From an uncultured Candidatus Saccharibacteria bacterium (GTDB lineage Bacteria; Patescibacteriota; Doudnabacteria; UBA920): a stretch of 64,000 bases of DNA. Below the pieces are notes generated by a model. That model was given only the letters and a program-made list of their open reading frames with translations, did no database searches and had not been told where the DNA came from. The position numbers were made by a program, and so were the translations under genes. Of this stretch, positions 9,023-19,438 are shown piece by piece (the stretch's first letter is position 1; each line of letters opens with the position of its first letter). The stretch spans positions 5,724-69,723 of the forward strand of contig CAYODY010000001.1 in assembly GCA_964402965.1 (NCBI GenBank), written 5' to 3'.

Positions 9023-10885
9023 ATGAATAAATTCTTAGTTAAATTTTCTTTTGGTTTTTTAATCGCCGCTGTTATGGGCGGTGGTTTTGCTTTTTTTAGT
9101 GTTGAAGCTCAAGCAAAATCAGGCGAGGTAAACTATGTTATTCAATTTAAAAATTCTGAGTCAGTTCAAAATGCTCAAACTGCAGATCCTCAAATTAATT
9201 TAGAAAAAATTTACGGTTTTGCATCGGATTCTAAATTCGGTAGTTACTACCGATTCAGTTCTGCCAAATCTTTGGAGCAAATACGACATGACTTTAATGG
9301 GTTGTATAAAATTTTACAAGTAGATAATTCAATTACAACAAGTCTAAAAACTTCTGTACTCACTCCGGACGATCCAGGGTTTACAAAAAATTCAGCAAAC
9401 ACAGACAAACAATGGGGTTTAGTAAAAGCCGGATTTTTAGATGCATGGCAAAAAAGCACAGGTGACAAAAAAACAATAATTGCAATTGTAGATACAGGTA
9501 TAGATGGTACTCACGAAGATTTAAGAAATGCAAAAATTGTTAAAGGTTACGATGTAGCTAGCAAAAGTATAATTTCAGGTAAATCAAATTCAGATGACAA
9601 CGGACACGGAACTTTAATCGCTGGAGTTATTGCAGGAACAGCAAATAATTCCAAAGGAATTGTCGGTGCTGGTTATAACTTAGGGCTAATGCCAATTAAA
9701 GCTCTGGACGCATCTGGTTCCGGTACTTCATCTTCAATCTCTCAAGCAATTGTTTGGGCAACAGATAAAGGCGCAAGTGTAATTAACTTGTCTTTAGGTG
9801 GCATGGGCTTTGGTCATGACACAGTATTGGCAGAAGCCATAAGCTATGCTTTTGCGAATAATGTTGTAATAATTGCTGCGGCAGGAAATGATGTAGCAGT
9901 TACCGGAGGAAATTTAGATGTTGATCCAGTTTTTCCCATTTGTGATGATAACGGTAAGAATATGATAATCGGAGTCACTGCAACAGACGTTAATGATTTA
10001 AAACCTTCATTTGCAAACTATGGTAAGGCATGTGTAGATGTCTCTGCACCGGGACGTAGGATACTTTCTACTATTAATCATGATCCTGCTACTGGTGGAA
10101 TTTCTCCAAACTCATATGCGTATGCATCTGGGACATCTCTAGCAGTTCCATTCGTTTCTGCAGAAGCAGGACTTTTAAAATCGCTATATCCAAAAGCAAC
10201 AAATAGACAAATTAGAGATCGTATTCTAGCAACAGCAGACAATGTAGATAGTTTAAATATTAGTCAGTGTGCCGGAGGTTCGTGTAGAGGATTCCTTGGT
10301 TCTGGCAGAATTAATGTTGCCGCAAGTTTAGTTACGCAAATAATTACTTTAAATGATGGAGACTTAGTACAAGAACAATCATCAGGAAATTTTTACTATA
10401 TAAACGGTGGGAAGAAACAGCTTGTTAGTCCATTTGTACGAAGTCAACGTTTTGCATTCACTCCAGCAAAACTTGTAACCCAAACAGATTTAGATATGTT
10501 CTCTGAAGGTTCATACGCAGAACCTCAAGACGGAACATTAGTGAAAAGTCCAAATGATGGCGCAGTGTATTACATGCAGTCCGGCTTGCGTAGACCATTA
10601 ACTTTTCAAGTTTTCACAATGCGAGGCTATAAGTTTTCTGACATAGTTACGCTAACTAACGTTGAAGTGAATTCTTGGGTAGAAGGTAGTTTCCTTACAC
10701 CCCCAGATAATATTTTAGTAAGAGGAGAAAAAAATAAAACTTTGTACGCAATTACGAACGGAGTTTTGCATCCAATGAACTATAAATTCTATGTTGAAAG
10801 AAATTTACAAAGTATGCCAATTGTAATTTTCCCAGACAAAGATATTCTAAAGTTTTCTATCGGAGATGCATACATAATTCAATAA
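9023..10885 (+). CDS. Secreted subtilisin-like S8 serine peptidase with C-terminal repeats
   Basis: Signal peptide; catalytic triad IVDTG, GHGT, SGTSLA; AAGN oxyanion motif. Confidence 0.93.
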   Translation: MNKFLVKFSFGFLIAAVMGGGFAFFSVEAQAKSGEVNYVIQFKNSESVQNAQTADPQINLEKIYGFASDSKFGSYYRFSSAKSLEQIRHDFNGLYKILQVDNSITTSLKTSVLTPDDPGFTKNSANTDKQWGLVKAGFLDAWQKSTGDKKTIIAIVDTGIDGTHEDLRNAKIVKGYDVASKSIISGKSNSDDNGHGTLIAGVIAGTANNSKGIVGAGYNLGLMPIKALDASGSGTSSSISQAIVWATDKGASVINLSLGGMGFGHDTVLAEAISYAFANNVVIIAAAGNDVAVTGGNLDVDPVFPICDDNGKNMIIGVTATDVNDLKPSFANYGKACVDVSAPGRRILSTINHDPATGGISPNSYAYASGTSLAVPFVSAEAGLLKSLYPKATNRQIRDRILATADNVDSLNISQCAGGSCRGFLGSGRINVAASLVTQIITLNDGDLVQEQSSGNFYYINGGKKQLVSPFVRSQRFAFTPAKLVTQTDLDMFSEGSYAEPQDGTLVKSPNDGAVYYMQSGLRRPLTFQVFTMRGYKFSDIVTLTNVEVNSWVEGSFLTPPDNILVRGEKNKTLYAITNGVLHPMNYKFYVERNLQSMPIVIFPDKDILKFSIGDAYIIQ

Positions 10886-10945
10886 ATTAAGTTGCATTCA
10901 AAGTAGTTTTCTAGTATTGTTAATATACCCATAAAATAAATTCGC

Positions 10946-12718
10946 ATGAAGAAACAAACATCATTTATAATTATCACAAGTTTAATTTTTTCGTTCTTAA
11001 TTAACGGAAATTTTGTTTATGCACAAGAAGCAATTCAGGCAGGCTTCACTCCAAATAATTTAATTGATGATAGTGTTTTCTCAAACACAAACACTTTTTC
11101 AAGTGCATCAGGTATACAGCAATTTTTGCAGAGCAAAGGAAGTGTTTTAGCTAATACAAGTGAGTCATTCGTTGCGCAACTCAAAGAACCAACAAGTACG
11201 ATTTTAAAACAGACTTTGGAAGACCCACAGCCAAACTTAAACCGTAACAGAACTGCTGCAGAATTAATTTATGATGCATCTCGTTCAAGTGGATTAAACG
11301 CACAAGTTATCTTAGTTACTCTTAATAAAGAACAAAGTTTAATTTCTGGTCGCCAAAATGCAACCCCTGAACAACTTCAACGCGCATTAGACTTCTCAAT
11401 GGGTTTTGGTTGTCCAGATAGCCAGCCTTGTGGAAGTATTTACCAAGGTTTTTATGCTCAACTTTTCGGTGGTGTGGATGCGGAAAACAATCGTTACTTG
11501 GGAGCTGCTAAATCTTTAATGAAGTCTTTTCAAACTCCAGGTGGTCGTGGACCATACTACAATGGAGGCACAAGTAGAGTCGGGGATACTATTGTGTTAG
11601 ATAACACACTTGGTGGGTATGAAGGGGTTCAACCTCAACAAACAGTTAAGCTTTCAAATGCTGCAACCGCTGCGCTGTACAGATACACTCCTCACGTTTT
11701 CAATGGTAATTACAATTTTTGGAGATTCTTTAAAGCATATTTCGGTGCTCCAAATTCCAATTCAGTGAATACAAATACCAGAGTGAAAAATGCAAACCTT
11801 ATTCGTGAATCATCATCTTCTCCAATGTACATAGTTGAGAACGGTGGTAAATATAGAATCGTTCCTTTTGTAGCAAAAGCTAGAAAGTTAGACACTTCAA
11901 AAGTAAAAAATGTTTCGTCCGATGTTTTAAATAGCTACAACACTTTAGGTTTAGCTGCTGCTCCAGACAACACTTTAATTAAGTACAATGGCGCGTACTA
12001 CGTCTTTAAAAATAATTTAAAGCAACAAGTTTCTTTGGAACAAATTAAAGCAATGAATTTAAACTCAGCGAACGCTATAGAAGTTGAGCTAGTTGACTTT
12101 GCTTCATTCAACTCGTCAGATCCTGCTCCTGCACAACCTACTACTCCTGCAACTCCACCTGCTACTCCTGCTCCACTACCTTCAGGTATACCACCAGCAG
12201 GCAGTTTGGTTAAAAGTGCTTCCTCACCAACAATATACTTATTGGAAAATGGTCAAAAGAAGCCAATGGACGGAGAAATCTTCAGAAATAGAAAATTCAC
12301 TTTTGCAAATTTGGTTACTCTAACTCAAGCTCAAATAGATAGTATTCCGCTAGGTCCTTTCCCAGCCCCATTAGATAATACATATTTTAAAGATAAACTA
12401 GGTCAGCTATATGTATATAGAAACGGTAAACTAAGTACGATTTCAAAAATCGCAGCAACTCAGCGTTTAATAACTCCTGACTTCACTTTTGGAGAAGATT
12501 TAGTTAAATCATTGCCAATGGGGTCGCCTGTAATGCCAAAAGATGGAACGCTCGTAAAAGGAGATAAAAAGGCAGAGGTATACTTAATTAGTGGAGGGTT
12601 GGCATCTCCAATGTCTGGACCTGCATTTACTGCAAGGAAGTTTACTTACAGCCAAATCCAAACAATTACCCAATCAGAAATGGACTCATTTTCTAAAGGT
12701 CCAGCAATTACTAAATAG
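10946..12718 (+). CDS. Secreted protein with an N-terminal putative cell-wall-active domain, a Pro/Ala/Thr linker and C-terminal repeats
   Basis: Signal peptide; LVTLNKEQSL, GFGCPD and NAATAALYRYTPH motifs; repeats resemble those of the upstream peptidase. Confidence 0.7.
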   Translation: MKKQTSFIIITSLIFSFLINGNFVYAQEAIQAGFTPNNLIDDSVFSNTNTFSSASGIQQFLQSKGSVLANTSESFVAQLKEPTSTILKQTLEDPQPNLNRNRTAAELIYDASRSSGLNAQVILVTLNKEQSLISGRQNATPEQLQRALDFSMGFGCPDSQPCGSIYQGFYAQLFGGVDAENNRYLGAAKSLMKSFQTPGGRGPYYNGGTSRVGDTIVLDNTLGGYEGVQPQQTVKLSNAATAALYRYTPHVFNGNYNFWRFFKAYFGAPNSNSVNTNTRVKNANLIRESSSSPMYIVENGGKYRIVPFVAKARKLDTSKVKNVSSDVLNSYNTLGLAAAPDNTLIKYNGAYYVFKNNLKQQVSLEQIKAMNLNSANAIEVELVDFASFNSSDPAPAQPTTPATPPATPAPLPSGIPPAGSLVKSASSPTIYLLENGQKKPMDGEIFRNRKFTFANLVTLTQAQIDSIPLGPFPAPLDNTYFKDKLGQLYVYRNGKLSTISKIAATQRLITPDFTFGEDLVKSLPMGSPVMPKDGTLVKGDKKAEVYLISGGLASPMSGPAFTARKFTYSQIQTITQSEMDSFSKGPAITK

Positions 12719-12740
12719 TAAAACTTGAAATTATTATTAG

Positions 12741-12771
12741 AAAAGCCCTCGTGAAAACGAGGACTTTTTTT
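12741..12771 (+). terminator. Rho-independent terminator
   Basis: AAAAGCCCTCG-TGAAAA-CGAGGACTTTTTTT. Confidence 0.75.
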
Positions 12772-12802
12772 ATAACTCATAAATTGATACAATGAATACA
12801 AC

Positions 12803-14242
12803 ATGTCCAGCCCATCCAAAAATATATTATGGTTAACAGTTTCTAGGGTAGTTTCTCTACTCCTTTTGTTTATTGCCTACAGACAACTGTTCAAATATTT
12901 AGGACCATACAACTATGGTCAATTTCAGTTTGTACTTTCGTATGTAACTCTATTTGGAGTGGTTATTGACTTTGGTTTACAGCAGTACATTGTAAAAAAG
13001 ATGAGCGAAGATCGTTCAAGGGCGAAACACTATTTCCATAATTTTTTAGCAGTAGAGGTTTTATTGGTCGCGCTAGTATATGCCGCAATGATCGGTGTTG
13101 CTCTATTTAACGGCTATGAACCAATAGTTTTTAAAGCCATTTTGGTGGCAGGTTTTGGAACTGCTATAACTGGGTTGTCCTATCCGTTCTTGGCTGTTGT
13201 TACTGCGTTCTATGATTTAAAAAAAGCTGCGTTTATTAATTTCTTGGCATCGGCTGTAAACGTAACAATAATTTTTGTGACTATCTATGTTGGTGGAAGT
13301 ATTGTAATGCTAACAACACAACAGGGGATTGTCGCAATTCTTTCTTTTATAATTTACTATCAGTTTGTACAGAAGTATATAGGCAAGCCTCATGTTCTGA
13401 AAGGAATGAGCGAGCTAGATTTCTCTTTAGTAAAAACTATGTTTGCGGCAGCATTGCCGTTCGCTATTCTAGTCGGGTTTAGCACTCTATACAATAGAAT
13501 TGATGTAGTTTTAATTAAACACATGTTGGGTTACACAGAAACAGGTCTATACTCAGCTGCGTATAAATTTTATGATTTGGTAGCATTTTTCCCAGCGGTT
13601 GTTTCTCATGCATTGTATCCATTGTTTGCAAGTTTAATGGTGACTCGTGACTTAGTACAAGTTAGATCTATTTTGGAAAAATATCTGCGTTTCATGATGA
13701 GTCTTGCTATACCAATGGGAGTCGGTGGAACTATTCTTGCCAAACCAATAATCACATTGCTCACAAATAGCAATGAGTATGCTGGTGCTGCTCCTGTCCT
13801 ATCTATTTTAGTTTGGGCGCCAGCAATTCTATTTGTTTACATAATTGTGAATTCTCTGGTTATTTCTCAATTAACAAAATGGGCAACTGCAATAACTGGC
13901 GTAAATGTCCTGGTTAATATAGTTGGAAACCTAATTCTATTACCAAGAATAGGAATTATTGCAGCAGCAATAATGACTGTCGTTTCAGAATTTTTGCAGG
14001 GTCTGTTCTATTTCTATTTCGTGCGCAAGAAAATTACTGATTTTAAATTTATTTCATATTTGTGGAAACCGATTATAGCTAGTGCAGTTATGGGATTAAG
14101 TATTTGGTATATACAGTATTTGCACGTTCTCATTTTAGTAGCAATTGCAGTTGTAGTTTACGCGGCATGTTTGTTCGTTCTTCGTTTCTTCCAAAAAGAC
14201 GATATCGCATTTATTAAGGGATTGCTTGGTCGTGGTGTTTAA
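12803..14242 (+). CDS. Polysaccharide flippase (Wzx/MOP superfamily)
   Basis: About 14 TM segments; LGPYNYG, DFGL, YNRIDVVLI and GLYSAAY motifs. Confidence 0.9.
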   Translation: MSSPSKNILWLTVSRVVSLLLLFIAYRQLFKYLGPYNYGQFQFVLSYVTLFGVVIDFGLQQYIVKKMSEDRSRAKHYFHNFLAVEVLLVALVYAAMIGVALFNGYEPIVFKAILVAGFGTAITGLSYPFLAVVTAFYDLKKAAFINFLASAVNVTIIFVTIYVGGSIVMLTTQQGIVAILSFIIYYQFVQKYIGKPHVLKGMSELDFSLVKTMFAAALPFAILVGFSTLYNRIDVVLIKHMLGYTETGLYSAAYKFYDLVAFFPAVVSHALYPLFASLMVTRDLVQVRSILEKYLRFMMSLAIPMGVGGTILAKPIITLLTNSNEYAGAAPVLSILVWAPAILFVYIIVNSLVISQLTKWATAITGVNVLVNIVGNLILLPRIGIIAAAIMTVVSEFLQGLFYFYFVRKKITDFKFISYLWKPIIASAVMGLSIWYIQYLHVLILVAIAVVVYAACLFVLRFFQKDDIAFIKGLLGRGV

Positions 14243-14756
14243 AAAAGAGAAACAATCTATTGAGCCAATTCGAGTGATGGTTTTTGGTACGTTCGATATG
14301 GTCCATGCAGGACATAGAAATATGTTTCAACAGGCAAGGGATTTGGTAAACCACTTTAATTCAAGAAATTCAGGAGTAAAAAACAATTCAGGAGTAAAAA
14401 GTTCTACTGCCGAAAACAAATTAAAACCGTATCTAATAGTTTCTATTGCAAGAGATAGAAACGTAAAACGCATTAAGGGCAGGAATGCGTCGCGCGGGGA
14501 GAGGGCGAGGATGGAGATGGTGGGTAAGGCGCGGGGTGTAAATAAAGTAGTTCTAGGTGCAACGGGGAATCATATTCCGCATATAGTGAAAGAAAAACCT
14601 GATATAATTGCATTAGGTTATGATCAAACCGCTTATGTCTCAGGATTAAAATCTGAGCTTAAAAAAGTTGGCTTGAAAACTAAAGTTGTTAGACTTAAGC
14701 CATATAAAGAACATATATATAAAACATCATTTTTAAAAAATAGAAAGTTAAAATAA
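14226..14756 (+). CDS. Cytidylyltransferase-like nucleotidyltransferase (archaeal-type FAD synthase RibL-like); start uncertain
   Basis: FGTFDMVHAGH (HxGH), IARD and KPDIIALGYDQ motifs. Confidence 0.8.
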   Translation: MVVVFKKEKQSIEPIRVMVFGTFDMVHAGHRNMFQQARDLVNHFNSRNSGVKNNSGVKSSTAENKLKPYLIVSIARDRNVKRIKGRNASRGERARMEMVGKARGVNKVVLGATGNHIPHIVKEKPDIIALGYDQTAYVSGLKSELKKVGLKTKVVRLKPYKEHIYKTSFLKNRKLK

Positions 14757-14769
14757 CTAATAAAAATAT

Positions 14770-16164
14770 ATGCAACAAAATCACAAAAATTTAATTCAAA
14801 TCGCCGCATTGGTTGCAGTAACAGCCGTAGGTGTTTTTTGGATAGTTAACTACAAGTCAAACGTTCCAATTAAACAATCAAATATAAATTCGGGCTTTAA
14901 CGAATTACTTTCAAATAAACTTACGATTAGTAATGTTGGCGCAGAGTCTTTCGGTGATTTAAAAAAGTTTGCTCAAGTTGTGGAGACAAAAAATTCTGGA
15001 GATGGTGGTAATAGCGCAAATACAGTTGTAGCTACAAACAAAGTTGGAAGTAATTCTCCACAGAGCGAAATTTACTCTGGAACTGCAGTTGCCACATCCA
15101 GCGCTGGGAATGCTACTGGTTTTGGTATGGGAGTAGGCGGCGGTGTCCCTGATTCAAAAATGATTGCCCCAGGTGAACCATATCCTATTCCTCAAAATTT
15201 CTCCTTTGTGTACAAGGGAAAGCCATTGGAAGAACTTAATCTTTTATCTGAAAATCAATCAGTCATGAAGCGTAAGCTTCCGCAACAAATATCTGGTTTT
15301 GTAAATCAAATCGCTGGGTTCTTAAGTTTTGGTCTAGTAGATATTAATAAATTTACAGATACTAAATTGTGGAATATTAGTTTTTATGAAGATCATGAAT
15401 TCGGATATAGTTTTTATGGTGACTTTCAAAACGGAACAGTAAATATTTCTCAAAATTATGAAAAGTGGCCGCAACCAAAATATGGTTGTGAAAAAGATTA
15501 TTGTGGTAATTTGCCTCAATTAACTGAGAACCAACTACCAACAAATGACGAAGCAATTGCAATTGCTTCTAAATTCCTCGCTGATTACGGAATATCACTA
15601 GATGGATATGGCTCTCCAGTAGTTCAAGATTATTGGAGAAATGAAATTGTTCCATTAGGTCAAGTACGTTATATTCCTGAACAAGTACAAGTTATCTATC
15701 CATTAGAACTTGAAGGAAAGCAGATATATGATGAAGGGTATAGTGTCTATGGGCTTACAGTAATGGTTGATGCCCGTACTAAGCGTGTTGTTAATGTATA
15801 CGAGCTGAATTCGAAACAGTATGAAAAGTCAGAGTATGCTGGCGAAATAGATGTCAAAAAAATTCTGAAAATTGCTGAGGCAGGTGGATTTAGAAACTAT
15901 TTGTATCAGGATCCAAATGCAAAAACAGTAAAACTAGAATTAGAAACTCCTCAAGTTCAATTAATAAAGATGTGGTACTACGACGAAGCAAAAAAATTCA
16001 ACGGAGAATTGTATGTTCCATCGTTAGTATTTCCAATAAAAAATGCTCAAGAATCTAAGTATTGGCAAAAAAGTTTGTATGTCCCACTTGTGAAAGATAT
16101 TTTAGATGCTGAGCAAAGTAAACCAATACCAGTAGATTTAGAAAAACAATATGAATCACGATGA
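14770..16164 (+). CDS. Membrane-anchored extracytoplasmic hypothetical protein
   Basis: 464-aa ORF with an N-terminal TM helix and a Ser/Gly-rich linker; no recognised catalytic motif. Confidence 0.75.
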   Translation: MQQNHKNLIQIAALVAVTAVGVFWIVNYKSNVPIKQSNINSGFNELLSNKLTISNVGAESFGDLKKFAQVVETKNSGDGGNSANTVVATNKVGSNSPQSEIYSGTAVATSSAGNATGFGMGVGGGVPDSKMIAPGEPYPIPQNFSFVYKGKPLEELNLLSENQSVMKRKLPQQISGFVNQIAGFLSFGLVDINKFTDTKLWNISFYEDHEFGYSFYGDFQNGTVNISQNYEKWPQPKYGCEKDYCGNLPQLTENQLPTNDEAIAIASKFLADYGISLDGYGSPVVQDYWRNEIVPLGQVRYIPEQVQVIYPLELEGKQIYDEGYSVYGLTVMVDARTKRVVNVYELNSKQYEKSEYAGEIDVKKILKIAEAGGFRNYLYQDPNAKTVKLELETPQVQLIKMWYYDEAKKFNGELYVPSLVFPIKNAQESKYWQKSLYVPLVKDILDAEQSKPIPVDLEKQYESR

Positions 16165-16459
16165 AATTAAAAACGCCATTGAGCGTGTAAAAAAAGGTGA
16201 AGCAAAAGTAATTGATGTGCGTACAGACGCTGAGTGGAACGAAGGTCATGCTGTCGAAGCTTTGCATTTTGATAGCAAAAGAATAGAAGCAGGGGAGTTG
16301 CCTCCTGTAAATAAAGAAACGCCATTATATCTTTATTGCCGTAGTGGCGGGCGTGCAGGTCGAATGAAAACTTTATTGAAGAATGAAGGTTTTGCTGAGG
16401 TACATAATCTTGGAGGTCTGTTAGATTGGAGTGAGGCAGGTGGACAAGTAGAAAATTAG
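16151..16459 (+). CDS. Rhodanese-like domain protein
   Basis: IDVRT..EW..GH, YCRSGGRA and NLGG motifs. Confidence 0.92.
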   Translation: MNHDEIKNAIERVKKGEAKVIDVRTDAEWNEGHAVEALHFDSKRIEAGELPPVNKETPLYLYCRSGGRAGRMKTLLKNEGFAEVHNLGGLLDWSEAGGQVEN

Positions 16460-16486
16460 GCCAGTACAAAATTAAAATTAGACTAA

Positions 16487-17263
16487 TTAGTCTAAAGATT
16501 TAGGTAATTCAAAATCGCCAATTTTTGTGCGTTTAAGTTTAAGCAACATAGCTTTTGACCCAAGTTGCTTGCCTAGCTCTTGAGCTAGACTGCGTATGTA
16601 AGTACCGCTCGAACAATTTATTGTGGCTGTAATAAGCTTAAAGTTTTTAGAGGCTTCGCATTTAGAGCTTAAACTTGCCCAAGCATTGGCGATTTCAGTT
16701 TGTCTAAAATCCCCACTTACTTTTGCTTGAGACAGAAAAACATATTCGTAAATATCACTCCAGCTTTTTTCTTCAAGTGTGGCTACATTAAAATCGTATA
16801 TAGTGGTGGTTTTTGTAGGAATTTCTATGGAATGAAGTAGATTTTCTTTCGCCCAATGCCACAGTGGTTTTCCATTTACTTCAGGAGATGAAAATGCAGG
16901 CAAAGTTAAAGTTACTTCGCCAGTTAAGTTGTCTGCTATTTGTTGTGCAGACTCGACTGAGAAGTTTTGTGAAATATTAAAACTATTTTCATGAAATGTA
17001 GGGATTCCCAGAATATCTTGTGAGTCAGTTGAAATTCCAAACAGTATGGTAGCTTCGTAAGTTTTGTTGAGTTTTAAAAATTCGTCTTTTCGATGCACAG
17101 CATCACCAACAAGTAGCAATAATAGCCCTTCCGCCATAGGGTCTAAACGTCCTGCATAGGTTATCGGTATATCCTCTAATTCAGAATAACTAGATTTAAG
17201 TTTCTGAATTACTTCTAATGGAGTCATTCCAACGGGCTTGTTGTATATGATCATGTCATTCAT
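16487..17263 (-). CDS. truB: tRNA pseudouridine(55) synthase TruB-like
   Basis: KPVGMT, AGRLDPMAEGLL and CSSGTYIRSLA motifs. Start revised to 17263, 6 nt after TATAAT. Confidence 0.88.
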   Translation of the reverse strand: MNDMIIYNKPVGMTPLEVIQKLKSSYSELEDIPITYAGRLDPMAEGLLLLLVGDAVHRKDEFLKLNKTYEATILFGISTDSQDILGIPTFHENSFNISQNFSVESAQQIADNLTGEVTLTLPAFSSPEVNGKPLWHWAKENLLHSIEIPTKTTTIYDFNVATLEEKSWSDIYEYVFLSQAKVSGDFRQTEIANAWASLSSKCEASKNFKLITATINCSSGTYIRSLAQELGKQLGSKAMLLKLKRTKIGDFELPKSLD

Positions 17264-17308
17264 TTGAGTATTATATCTCATATCCGCTTCGCGTGATATA
17301 CTGAAAAT

Positions 17309-17863
17309 ATGGAAAATAATTCGCAAGAAAATTTGGAGATAGCGGTTTTTGCTGGAGGATGTTTTTGGTGTACAGAAGCAGTGTTTCAAAAATTACGTGG
17401 TGTGCATTCTGTTTTGCCGGGCTACACAGGAGGCAATACAGACAATCCTACATATGAACAAGTTTCATCTGGGAGTACTGGTCACGCAGAAGTAATTAAG
17501 TTTGAGTACGATCCAAAGTTAATTTCTTACAGAGATTTACTAGAAGTATTTTTTGCGACTCATGATCCAACAACTTTAAACAGACAAGGTAATGATGTCG
17601 GCACTCAATATCGCTCATCTATTTTTTACACATCGGAATCTCAAAAAGAACAAGCGGAAGATATTATTACTGAACTGAGAGAATCGCATTCCTATACCAG
17701 CCCAATAGTAACTACTGTAGAGCCACTAACAAAATTTTACGAGGCAGAAGATTACCATAAAAATTATTTTGAAAGGAATCAAGGCGCGCCATATTGCATG
17801 GTAGTAATTAACCCAAAAATTAAAAAATTTAAAGAAAAGTTTGCATCATTAATACAAGAATAA
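17309..17863 (+). CDS. msrA: Peptide-methionine (S)-S-oxide reductase
   Basis: GGCFWC, HDPT, RQGNDVGTQYRS and AEDYH motifs. Confidence 0.97.
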   Translation: MENNSQENLEIAVFAGGCFWCTEAVFQKLRGVHSVLPGYTGGNTDNPTYEQVSSGSTGHAEVIKFEYDPKLISYRDLLEVFFATHDPTTLNRQGNDVGTQYRSSIFYTSESQKEQAEDIITELRESHSYTSPIVTTVEPLTKFYEAEDYHKNYFERNQGAPYCMVVINPKIKKFKEKFASLIQE

Positions 17864-17864
17864 T

Positions 17865-18275
17865 ATGTCAGAAGATGTACAAAAGATTCAAAAATCAGAT
17901 GATGAATGGAAAAAAGATTTAACACCAGAGCAGTTTTCAGTTTTACGTGGCAAAGCAACTGAAGCACCATTTTCTGGAGAGCTGGTAGATAATCATGAAG
18001 ATGGAATGTACACTTGCGCTGGTTGTGGTCTGCAGTTGTTTGACTCTGGAACTAAATTTGATTCTCATAGCGGATGGCCGTCGTTCACAGATCCAGTAAA
18101 TTTAGAACATGTTGAACTTTTACCTGACCATGATGCTGGAATGGTCCGCACTGAAGTTGTCTGCAAACGTTGCGGTGGGCATTTAGGGCACGTTTTTGAT
18201 GACGGACCACAAGATAAGGGTGGAAAGCGTTATTGCATTAATTCTTGTGTGTTAAAGTTCCATAAAAAATCTTAA
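17865..18275 (+). CDS. msrB: Peptide-methionine (R)-S-oxide reductase
   Basis: GWPSF, GHLGHVFDDGP and RYCINS motifs; two CxxC. Confidence 0.97.
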   Translation: MSEDVQKIQKSDDEWKKDLTPEQFSVLRGKATEAPFSGELVDNHEDGMYTCAGCGLQLFDSGTKFDSHSGWPSFTDPVNLEHVELLPDHDAGMVRTEVVCKRCGGHLGHVFDDGPQDKGGKRYCINSCVLKFHKKS

Positions 18276-18295
18276 AACTTTAGAACCAAAAACTA

Positions 18296-19024
18296 ATGCA
18301 AATGATTAGAAAAATTCAGAGTAATCTGAAAAAACTAGGCACGCCGGAAAGAGCTAAGTCATCTGCGTGGTTTTTCAAAACAGGACCAGGTCAATACGGA
18401 GAAGGAGATGTTTTTTACGGAATCACAGTTCCAGAACAACGGAAAGTTGCAAAACAATTTTTCGAACAAATTACTTTTCAGGAAATACTGCAATTGCTAA
18501 AAAGCAAAGTTCATGAAGAACGTTTTGTTGCGTTGGAAATCTTAGTTATGAAGTATGAACTGGCTCAAAAACTTTCTGATCTAAAAACACAGAAGAAAAT
18601 ATTCGAATTGTATTTAAAATCAGCAAAGTTAGTTAATAATTGGGATTTAGTAGATACCTCCGCGCCGTATATAGCAGGAGCATATTTACACACCCGCCCC
18701 GCACAAGAACGTGCAAAAGTTTTGCGAAAATTAGCGTTGTCAAAGAATTTGTGGGAACGTCGTATTGCAATTGTTTCCTGTTTATTTCCAATTTCTCAAA
18801 AACAGTTTAAAGACGCTTTGGTGGTGTCTCAACTTCTTCTTTCCGACAAGCATGATCTAATCCATAAAGCAGTTGGCTGGATACTAAGAGAAATTGGAAA
18901 AAAAGATTTGGAAACCGAAATTTTATTTTTGGATAAACATTTAAAGAGCATGCCACGTACCACGCTCCGCTATGCTATTGAGCGATTTCCAGAAAAGCTT
19001 AGGCTAAAATATTTACGGACTTAA
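18296..19024 (+). CDS. DNA alkylation repair protein (AlkD-like HEAT-repeat glycosylase family)
   Basis: FFKTGPGQYGEGD, NNWDLVD, WERR, HKAVGWILRE and LRYAIE motifs. Confidence 0.9.
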   Translation: MQMIRKIQSNLKKLGTPERAKSSAWFFKTGPGQYGEGDVFYGITVPEQRKVAKQFFEQITFQEILQLLKSKVHEERFVALEILVMKYELAQKLSDLKTQKKIFELYLKSAKLVNNWDLVDTSAPYIAGAYLHTRPAQERAKVLRKLALSKNLWERRIAIVSCLFPISQKQFKDALVVSQLLLSDKHDLIHKAVGWILREIGKKDLETEILFLDKHLKSMPRTTLRYAIERFPEKLRLKYLRT

Positions 19025-19087
19025 TATATATCCACCTTAATATATCCACAAGGTCTAGTGTATGCCCTGTGTGGTATAATTAATCCT

Positions 19088-19438
19088 ATGAATGATTTAC
19101 AAGAAGTATTTAACCGTATTCGCGAAACTCGCACTAAAGCAAAAGAGATTCGCAGAATGTATCAAGATTCGCTAATTGCGAACCAAGAGTATCAAGAAAT
19201 AAAAGAAAAGCTTGAGGACCTTAAATTGCGAAAGAAAGCAATTGAGGCAGAAATTCAAGAAGAGCAAATTGCCGATTTTCAAAAACTAGATGCATATAAA
19301 ATGCATGTTAAGAATGACTTAGAAATGCTTTCAGATTTAGCACTAAATAAATTAGTCTCAGGAGAATCTGTAGAAGTCGTTGACGAAGCTAATAACAAGT
19401 ACGAGCCATTATTTACAGTGAAGTTTAAGAAATCCTAA
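19088..19438 (+). CDS. Hypothetical coiled-coil protein
   Basis: Charged helical 116-aa ORF. Start revised to ATG 19088 after TGgTATAAT. Confidence 0.75.
   Translation: MNDLQEVFNRIRETRTKAKEIRRMYQDSLIANQEYQEIKEKLEDLKLRKKAIEAEIQEEQIADFQKLDAYKMHVKNDLEMLSDLALNKLVSGESVEVVDEANNKYEPLFTVKFKKS

Noticed and set aside
19021-19080. DnaA-box-like ATATCCACA / TTAATATATCCAC direct repeat
   Set aside because: There are only imperfect boxes in a 60-bp gap, with no origin-associated genes; this is insufficient for oriC.
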